From the NCBI RefSeq assembly GCF_006345805.1, contig NC_043013.1, positions 11,036,001 through 11,100,000 on the forward strand: a DNA stretch of 64,000 nt. The letters are read 5' to 3'. The first letter of the stretch is position 1; each line of letters starts with the position of its first letter. This document shows positions 54,480 through 64,000 of the stretch, in pieces. The DNA comes from Octopus sinensis (taxonomy: Eukaryota). The position numbers and the translations under genes are program-made. The notes below the pieces were generated by a model. That model had not been told where the DNA came from, searched no databases, and was given only the letters and a program-made list of their open reading frames with translations.

Positions 54480-56046
54480 ATATATATATATATATAAAAC
54501 TGAGAATGTGTCTGTCTGTCTGTCTGTCTCTCTGTGTGTTTCCCTAAAACTTGAGAACTACACAACCAATTTCATTCAAATTTTACACACGCCTTACTTA
54601 GGGTCCATGTAGTTTCCTGGGCAAAGAAAAACGTTCAACTTCTTGCCTAGAGCGAGCCCATAGCAATATCATATCTTCTCCACTATTTCAGTATTACGTG
54701 TTAAAAGTGAAACAAAAATATTTCTCTATTTTATGTCAGATGCTTTCACTTTAACAATAAAGATAATAATAACAATTGAATTATATGTAATAAGTAATAA
54801 TTAAAATCAAACTAAAGTATAATATAATCGTAACATAACAAAAGTAAAAATAGCAATTGGTATAAAATTGCATCAATGACTTGAACTTGAATAAGTCGTT
54901 TCACATGAATGGGAATAAATTAAAAAATAAATTAGCGTGCAGATATGGAATAGTCCAGATGGAGCTGTGCTGTTCCATTAGATTATCTGCTAATTAGCTA
55001 GGATTAAGTATCTATATGAAGTTTGGCGGTACGTAATTTCTGTTTTCTCGAACAGCCGCTCCTACTGAATACTGCTGTTGATTTAATTCTTATACATAAA
55101 GGACTAAAGCTCCAACTGCTTATTGCTATCTGACTCATCGTAAGGTTTGTTGTTATTATTATTACTGTTTAACTATTGTTATCACGTTTCTTGGTTCCTC
55201 GTAAAGGAAACATTGTTGTGTTGCATTTGTTAAATAATTGTAAACTCTAACCCTCCCCCTTTCGGAGAAGGAGATTTGGTTATTGTTTAAAAATTGAATT
55301 GTGTCCCTGTTTGCGGAAATTGACCATATTTTCACCGTTTACACAGAAGCATTTTGTTAGAATGCTTTCGATAGAAGAAAGTCCAAAAATGAATTTCGCT
55401 GCAGCCGTCGGCGTGCGCGAACTCACTGAAAATTAAAATGGAAAAAATACGGATTGATCACCGACAAAGACGGTGAATCTAGGATAACACCACCAAACGA
55501 AATAAAAAATTAAATTAAAGAAAAGACTATTGTCTATAAAGTATACAATATCGAGAAAAAAAAAGATTTGAACACCTGGAGGAAATCACCATCGAATAGT
55601 GTCTTGGTGCGACTATGAAAGATATCTAACCAGAGACGGTAAATTTGCCACAGTAGAAGCAAGCTTCAAGTCAAGGAGTACTCGACTCGAACCTTGCAAA
55701 GTGGAAATATTTTATTTTTACCTTTATATCTGGGACGTAGGACTCCCCGGATACAAATTTAAAATATCCCCCTGAAGTAGAGGTAGGCTGGATTGTAGCC
55801 ACACATTTATACGAGAGGGAGGACAAGATACAATTGATCGAAATTGCAAGAGACGAGCCTACAATTCCAGTCTGTTATATATTTTGACAATTGTTATCAC
55901 TAGCAATATTAAGATATAACTTTGTATTTTGTATTTTATGTGTAGATGTATATATATATAGAAGTACATGTAATATGTACATATATATATACACATATAT
56001 ACATGCACTAGCACTATGACCCGGCAACGACGGGTCATAATGCTAG
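54480..56046 (+). mobile_element. Putative non-autonomous Helitron
   Basis: 5' TATATAAAACTGAGAATGTGTCTGTCTG...; 3' hairpin TATGACCCG-gcaacga-CGGGTCATA (56015-56039), CTAG at 56043-56046, then T. Confidence 0.55.
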
Positions 56047-56172
56047 TACATATAATATATACATATATACATTATATATATATATATATATATAATATAT
56101 ATATATATATATAATACACATATATATATATGTATATATATATATATGTATATATGTTATATATGTATATAT

Positions 56173-56219
<47 letters not shown>

Positions 56220-56220
<1 letters not shown>

Positions 56221-56436
56221 TGTTGTGTCTGGGGAGAGTCATTTTCTTTTTGTGCCTTATAGTATAACACACTTACCGGCAAAATTTCCACTTTAATAAA
56301 TAATTTAAAAAAATAAACAAATAAATAAATAAAATAGATAAATTTTAAAAATAAGAAGAAAAAAGTGGAAATTTTACCGGTGAGTATGTTATATTATAAG
56401 GCACAAAAAGAAAATAACTCTCCCCAGACACAACAG
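56220..56436. repeat. Inverted repeat, about 75-bp arms (56220-56294 / 56362-56436)
   Basis: Reverse-complement arms with a few mismatches around an A-rich spacer. Confidence 0.9.
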
Positions 56437-56521
56437 AATATACGTCAACATACGAACTCACCTAAAGAATCATGCAAACCAAATTCAAAAACTATATATA
56501 TATATATATCTATATATATAT

Positions 56522-56575
<54 letters not shown>

Positions 56576-59229
56576 GCGCGCGCGCGTATATATACAATAT
56601 ATGTAAATTTTTATCACGGGTTTCTGCGGTCGATAGGTATCTATATTTTTTCACATTTTAATTGCCTTGTTTAAATAAGCATTTTCACGCCTAAAAATAA
56701 ATAAATAAATAAATAAAAATAGTGTACAGTACTGCACTGTATAAACGCATTGATTATAATATATTAAAAGACAATACGTAGTGTGCCGTAGATGAGTAAA
56801 CAAAGAATCGCACATACTGTATAGAAAACGAAACTTGGGAGGTGAGTGTGTGGTGGTGTTTTGCATTTATAATAAAAGAAATATATAAAGCGGCGAGCTG
56901 GCAGAAACGTTAGCACGCCGGGCGAAATGCGTAGCGTAGTCCCTTGTGGGTAGTAAAGAAATAGGTATTTCGTCCACCGCTACGTTCTGGTTCTGAGTTC
57001 AAAATCCGGTTGTCTGTCCTTGTTTGTCCCCTCTGTGTTTAGCCCCTTGTGGGTAGTAAAGAAATAGGTATTTCGTCTGCCGCTACGTTCTGAGTTCAAA
57101 TTCCACCGAGGTCGACTTTGCCTTTCATCCTTTCGGCTTCGATAAATTAAGTACAAGTTACGCACTGGGGTCGATATAATCGACTTAATCCGTTTGTATG
57201 TCCTTGTTTGTCCCTTCCGTGTGTAGCCCATTGTGGGCAATAAAGAAGTAAAAAACGTTAGCACACCGCGCGAAATGCTTAGCAGCCTTTACGTTCTGAG
57301 TTCAAATTCTGCCGATGTCGACTTTGCCTTTCATCCTTTCAGGGTCGATAAATTAAGTACCAGTTGCGTACCGGGGTCAACCTAATCGACTGGCCCCACC
57401 TCCCCCAAAATTTCGAGCCTTGTGCCTAGAGTAGTAAAGAATAATTCTGGAAATTAGTTTGTGATTTGCGAAAAATAAGCCTTATGAATCTCAAGCACTG
57501 TGCCCTTCATTTCGGCAGAATGCAGTCTGGTCGCTAAAAAATATATATCTTCTCTATGTTGTAATATGTTGCTTCAGTTTAATCTTTCTTTCTCTCTCTC
57601 TCACCCTCTCTCCCTCTCTCTCCCCTCCCTCTTCCTCTCTCTCTCACCCTCTCTCTCTCTCTCTCCCCTTCTCTCTCCCCCCCCCCCTCTCTCTATCTCT
57701 ATCCCCTTCTCTCTCCCCCTCCCCCCTCTCTCTCTCTCCCAAGGACCTTTCGTCAGCGACAGAAATTATTTCCTCGGAAAAAAAGGGATTAATGCAATGA
57801 AGAAAATATATTACAATATAAAGTTATCTCCCTTCAACCTGAAACCCTAACCAATTACTTCCCTTCTATTTTCTGTTGAAGGTCCCATCGAAGTTGAAGT
57901 TGTCACCAATTCTTTCCGATTTGCTGTCGAAGTCATCTTTGTTTAGAGTTATGTCAGTGGAAATATTCCTGCCAGGAACATCCTGTCATTTTAGCCATAT
58001 TCAAGACTACATAAAGCTCACGATCATTATGTCGCGAATTGAACTCCGGGGCCGGGCGGCACGCTGGATTTTTGAGCAAGACACCTAATTTTACGTTGCC
58101 CTAGACTGTTCAGCTGAGAATGAATACTAGCAGCTTACTCTCCTTCCAACAGTTAGAGCGGGGTAAATCGCTGGATCAAGGACAGCAGAGCTGAGATAGT
58201 ACTTAAAACAATTAGCGAAAGCATGGTACATATTACCATGTCATAGTAATTCGTGATCACGGTTTTGGTTAATACGTTTGGAGAACATTAGAGCGTTTTG
58301 CCGTTGTATTATGCGGCAAAGTGTGACCTGAAGATGTAGATGCAGCTTTTTTTTTCATCATTCACATCTCTTTCAGTACCAGTCATGCATTGAGGTCGAC
58401 GCAATCGACTTGCTCGTCCTCACAAAATTTCAAACGTTATGCCTATAGCAGAGAGAAGTACTACAGATTCCTAAGGCGGTGAGCTGGCAGAATACTTTTC
58501 TACGCTGGGTAGAAGGCCCGAAGTTTTTAGGGATGGGGTACGTCGATTAGATTGACCCCAGTGCGCAACTAGTACATAATTTATCGACCACGAAAGGATG
58601 AAAGGCGGAATTTGAACTCAGAATATAAAGACAGACGAAATACCTATTTCTTAACTGCCCACAAGGGGCTGAACACAGAGAGGACAATCAAGGACAGACA
58701 AACGAAATAAGTCGATTATATCGACTCCAGTGCGTAACTGGTACTTAATTTATCGACCCCGAAAGGATGAAAGGCAAAGTCGACCTCGGCGGAATTTGAA
58801 CTCAGAACGTAAAAACAGACGAAATACCTATTTCTTTACTACCCACAAGGGGCTAAACACAGAGGGGACAAACATGGACAGACAAACGGATTAAGTCGAT
58901 TACATCGACCCCTGTGCATAACTGGTACTTAATTAATCGACCCCAAAAGGATGAAAGGCAAAGTCGACCTCGGCGGAATTTGAACTCACAACGTAACGGT
59001 AGAAGAAATACGGCTACGCATTTCGCCCGGCGTGCTAACGTTTCTGCCAGCTCGCCGCCTTTGTGAGCTGGCAGAATTGTTAGCCCGTTCAACAAAGCAC
59101 TTTGTGTTATTTCACCTGATCATTACATTCCGAGTTCAAATTCCACCGTAGTAGATTTTTGTCTTTCATACCTTCGTGGTTTATAAAATATGTAACGATT
59201 ATGCACAGGGGTTGATATACTTGTTCTGA

Positions 59230-59420
59230 TCCATGGCTCACTTCCTGCGATTCCGATGATTCACCAACCAGGAGGAGAGGGAAACTTCAGTGATGGAATT
59301 TTTCGCCTTGAAGGACAGTAACTGGTATCAGCATGGGATCAAAGAACTGACAGAAAGATGGCTTCAGAGGATGCAACACGATGGCCACTGCTTTGAATGT
59401 TACGTTGTTTTTATTGTAAC
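59230..59420 (+). mobile_element. Mariner transposase 3' remnant
   Basis: MAHFLRFR*FTNQEERETSVMEFFALKDSNWYQHGIKELTERWLQRMQHDGHCFE. Confidence 0.75.
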
Positions 59421-60131
59421 TTGACAAATAAAACAATTAAATTACCACAATATTGTAAAATTTGTCTCAACACAATATTGTGAAAGATTTCTGTAATCAA
59501 TTACTGAAGAGCGAATTTTTTTTCTTCAAAGTATTACGCTAACATTATAAAAAGAATTTACCACAAATCAAATTTTTCTGACACTCCTACTATTCTGTCA
59601 CCTCCCCATTGTATCTTTCTGTTTTGAAAGGCGGCGAGCTGGCAGAAACGTTAGCACGCCGGGCGAAATGCTGAGCAGTATTTCGTCTGCCGCTACGTTC
59701 CGAGTTCAAATTCCGCTGAGGTCGACTTTGCCTTTCATCCTTTCGTGGTTGATAAATCAAGTACCAGTTAAGCACTGGGGTCGATATAATCGACTTAATC
59801 CGTTTGTCTGTCCTTGTTTGTCTCCTCTATGTTTAGCCCCTTGTGGGTAATAAAGAAATAGAAATAGGTATTTCGTCTGCCGTTACGTCGTGAGTTCAAA
59901 TTCAGCCCAGGTCGACTTTACCTTTCATCCTTTCGTGGTCGATAAATTAAGTGCCAGTTACGCACTGGGGGTGATGTAATCGACTTGACCCCTTTGTCTG
60001 TCCTTGTTTGTCCCCTCTATGTTTAGCCCCTTGTGCGCAGTAAAAAATAATTGTATCTTTCTGTTTTAAGTTCAAATCCCACCGAGGTGGTCTTTGTATT
60101 GCTTCCTTTCGTTTATGGAGTAGAGGTCGAT

Positions 60132-60515
60132 ATCTTTATATATAAAAGTAAGGTCGTGTGTCTATCTCCTACGATTTAGATTCCTAACTACTCCCACATT
60201 TTGCGGTGCAGTTTAACCAAAACCGGGTATCTTATAGTCGTTATTCATGTCGAGCCCTTCTGGGTATTAGCGCGAGTCTACGATGAGTCTAGGATTTAAA
60301 ATAAAATTTACCATCATTTTTTTCCATTTTAATGCATTTTTTCGCTATTATATAAGGGAAGTAACTCTCTAAAAATGTCTACGAAGAGTCAACGATTTAA
60401 AAAAAAATTTACCATCATTTTTCTTTTCCATTTTTAATGCATTTTTTTGCTATATTTTGGCTATAACTCTCTAAAAATGCTTATATAGTTATTTCCCTTA
60501 CAAACCCGAGCAACG
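60132..60515 (+). mobile_element. Helitron-like non-autonomous element, 3' end truncated
   Basis: TCTTTATATATAAAAGT start; CCCGAGCAACGGG partial terminal hairpin resembling that at 56015. Confidence 0.5.
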
Positions 60516-60597
60516 GGGTGGCTAAAAGAATGCGAAGTGCATTGTGACTAACGATGTGTAGCAACATCTGATAGCCTGGTCGGTCACGGTGATCACA

Positions 60598-60662
<65 letters not shown>

Positions 60663-61502
60663 CCGCTAGGCATTCTGTCCAGGGTGCTTTTTATCCGCCG
60701 CCTTACACACACATATTAATGCTATCTATACCAGTTCACCTGATTACCAAAAAGAGGGACCAACAGTTATCCACTCAGCCTTTGTCGAAGTACCGCCATA
60801 TAATGTCCTTGGGACATCTAAACCCGCTTATCTAGATCTGTCGTAGGCCTATCTCTCCACGCTGTAGAATTTCTGATTAAACAAGGTAATTTTGTGGTTG
60901 GCCGAGATGCTTTACGACGTCTGGTTTAGTTTTGAGTTCAAAATCTGCTTAAGTGCTGCTGACCATAGATAATCAACCCAACCACAAAATTACCTTGTTT
61001 AATCCGAAATTCTACAGCGTGGAGAGATAGGCCTACGACTATCTCGATAAGCGAGTTTAGATGTCCCAAGGACATTATATGGCGGTACTTCGACAAAGGC
61101 TGAGTGGGTAACTGTTGGTACCTCTTTTTGGTAATCAGGTGAGCTGGTATAGATAGCATTAATATGTGTGTGTAAGGCGGCGGATAAAAAGCACCCTGGA
61201 TAAAATACCTAGCGGCACTTTGTCTTCGCTTTCTGAGTGCAAATCCCACCGAAGCCGACTTTGCTTTTCATCCTTTTTGAGGTCGATAAAATAATTCTAG
61301 TTAAGCACTGGGGTCGATGTAATCGAGTTATCTTCTCTTCCGAAATTGCTGGCCTTGTAGCAATATATATATATATATATATATATAATATAATATATAT
61401 TATATATATATATATATCACCGTGATTACTGTGACCGACCAGGCTATCAGATGTTGCTACACATCGCTAGTCACAATGCACTTCGCATTCTTTTAGCCAC
61501 CC
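60516..61502. repeat. Nested inverted duplication
   Basis: Outer arms 60516-60603 / 61416-61502; inner arms 60659-60901 / 60978-61219. Confidence 0.92.
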
Positions 61503-61719
61503 TGCAGGCTAAGTGAGCAGGCCAACAGAAGAAAGAGTGAGAGAAAGTTGTGGCGAAAGAGTACAGCAGGGATCGCCACCGCACCCCCTGCCGGAGCCTC
61601 GTGGAGATTTAGGTGTTTTTGTTCAATAAACACTCACAACGTCCGGTCTGATAATCGAAGCCGCGATCCTACGACCGCGAGTCCGCTGCACTAACCACTG
61701 GGCCATTGCTACACACACA

Positions 61720-61790
<71 letters not shown>

Positions 61791-61807
61791 CATTATTATC
61801 ATTATTA

Positions 61808-61882
<75 letters not shown>

Positions 61883-61894
61883 GAGAGGGCTGGG

Positions 61895-63080
61895 ACCAAA
61901 GCTGGCTTCGTGGGTGCTCTGATCAATTTGGATCAATCGAAAGCATTCGATAGCGTCAACCATCACTACTTGGAAGCCGCCCTGAAAGCAGACGGTTTCG
62001 GACCATTTTCAGAGTCTGGATCGCTGCAATGCATAGCAGCACTTGTTGAGTGGTCAAAGTAAATGGTCACCTACCGCATACTCGGTCCGTTAGGGCTACC
62101 AACCGTCGCCTCTACTGTACGCATTGGCACTCGAGCCACTGCTGCGGAAGTTGGAACAGCTAGGGGGCGTCCTTTTCGAACTGGGACAAGGAAGGACAGT
62201 GTCGGCATACACGGCCGACGTCACTGTCATGGTGTCGGGTATCACTGAAGTGAAGACGGTCGGCACCATCCTAAAGGAATAATAGTCAGTTGCAGGCCTA
62301 GAATCAACGCCGACAAATCGGTTGGTTTGCTGTTGGGCTCCTGGAGTGGCTGGACAATGCCATCGGACAGCATCGCCGGACGCTGGATCGACGGACCAGT
62401 TAAACTGCTTGGAGTTTGGTTTGGTTCTAACCTCCAAGTTAATAAGAACTGGGACGAAGTGACGAACAGAGTGACCTGTCTTACCCAAATATAGGGTGAA
62501 AGGAAGCTGTCCCTGAAAGGTGGGGCAGAAGTAGCGAATGCTTACATCACCTTCTTTATCATTTATCTCCTGACCTTCGTGCCTTGTCCCGGTTACTGCT
62601 TGAGCAGATTGGAGCGTCTCTTATTTAAATTCTTGTGGAAGGGACGCGTTCCAATGGTGAGGCGGTCAGTTTGTTGCCAGCATCCTCTGAGTGGCCGATT
62701 AGGTCTGCCGTGGCTCCTGATGCGCAGACACGCTCTTATTTACGCCACCTGCAACGGTTTCTGGACGGTGAGTGTGTGTGGGCTCCGTTTGTGAGACTAG
62801 TCTTTCCGCAGCTCGTCTACTTGACAGAGCTGCAGTCCTGGGTGAAGAAAAGGCCGAGATTGGGCAGCTAGCACTTAGAATGTCCTCAGGCGGTCACAGC
62901 CCTCTACCAGTTGGGGAATGGGATCGGTGGATGTTCTGCTTTAGAAATTTATAGAGTATTAGTGGCTGGGAGATGCTACCGCATACTCTGGGAGACTGCC
63001 GGAACCGACGGAAACGAACAGGCTAGTCTGTTCCGAAGAACTTCTCAGTCGGGAACTATCAAGGATAATTTTCAAATGTC
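61895..63080 (+). mobile_element. L1/Tx1-clade LINE reverse transcriptase remnant (frameshifted)
   Basis: GALINLDQSKAFDSVNHHYLEAAL, LLYVLALEPLLRKL, VSAYTADVTV (degenerate YADD), DGPVKLLGVWFG, LERLLFKFLWKG. Confidence 0.88.
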
Positions 63081-64000
63081 CTTGACCTGGCAGGGCGACT
63101 TTGCTTTTCATCATTTCAGAGTTGATAAAATAAGTACCAGTGGGGCACTCTGGTCGATAAAACCCCCATAGTTCAGGCCTTGTTTTCTGGTTTAAAAGAT
63201 TATTAATTATGACATAACTGTATGTTTGTATGTAGTTATATCCACAGATTGTCGTATAACGAGCAGGCTTTGCCGTTGTTCGAGATAGGGCATTAAACAC
63301 TGTCGAACTGATCTTGCAACCCAACGAACTGATCTTGCAACCCAACGTACGATTAAGGGCCCCGCAAAGAATTACAATGAAGCTCCTATAACATACCGGA
63401 TTGGAAATGAAAGACCCCGAAGTCAACAGTGTAATGTTGTTTGTTCCTTATCGAGCCATGCTTGGCTCATAAGGGCCGTTTCCCGGTTTCTTGGCGTATA
63501 GGTTCCCCCACTTGGACGGGACGCTGGTCCGTCGCAGGTGAGCTGCAAGATGCAGGAGGAAAGAGTGAGAGAAAGTTGTGGCAAAAGATTCAGCAGAAGT
63601 TTCGCCATTACTTTCTGCTGGAGCCACGTGGAGCTTAGGTGTTTCGCTCATAAACACACACATCGCCTGGTCTGAAATTGGAACCTACGATCCCTCGACC
63701 GCGAGTCCGCTGCTCAAACCACTAGGCCATGTACCTCCACAACAGTGTAATATACCGCTATAACCTACTCGGCTTTTCAGTTCAATCTTTATCTAATTTT
63801 GGTGTTCCTATATTATCGCTCACCGATATTTTCATTTCTCTCTTCTTTACGTTCTCAGGTAAAAATACATTCAAATGGAAGGGTTATGGAAATATTAAGC
63901 TACACGAAAACTCTCTATCTCTCTGTCACATACACTCACACAGACATGCACTTACACATGCATACACACACACACATACGCACACACACGCACACACTCA

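Overview
AT-rich, microsatellite-saturated animal genomic DNA whose SINE, LINE and DNA-transposon content looks like an Octopus (coleoid cephalopod) genome; the species call is inference. The only host protein-coding sequence I can support is the 3' part of a central-class Hox homeobox, most likely Lox4 (16067-16317, +), directly after a 100-N gap. Two compensating single-G indels in it turn the expected AHAL into PMRW. The rest is mostly transposon-derived: several tRNA-head SINE families, some as tandem multimers with a recurrent junction, plus Tc1/mariner, Merlin-like, Helitron-like, CR1/L2, L1/Tx1, R4/Dong-like and Penelope-like (PLE) remnants. The most striking unannotated signal is a set of minimal type-I hammerhead ribozyme (HHR) motifs with short, mostly palindromic stem III. 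They are intact at 27981-28065 (+), at its mirror copy 27219-27303 (-) and at 41842-41884 (+), with variant or decayed copies at 7011, 7670, 28278, 33251 and 37887. They lie in TA-flanked non-coding modules, some forming long fold-back inverted repeats, near a PLE reverse-transcriptase fragment. This suggests a family of ribozyme-carrying, non-autonomous PLE/retrozyme-like elements around a Hox gene. Almost all ORF-track entries are microsatellite or SINE artefacts.
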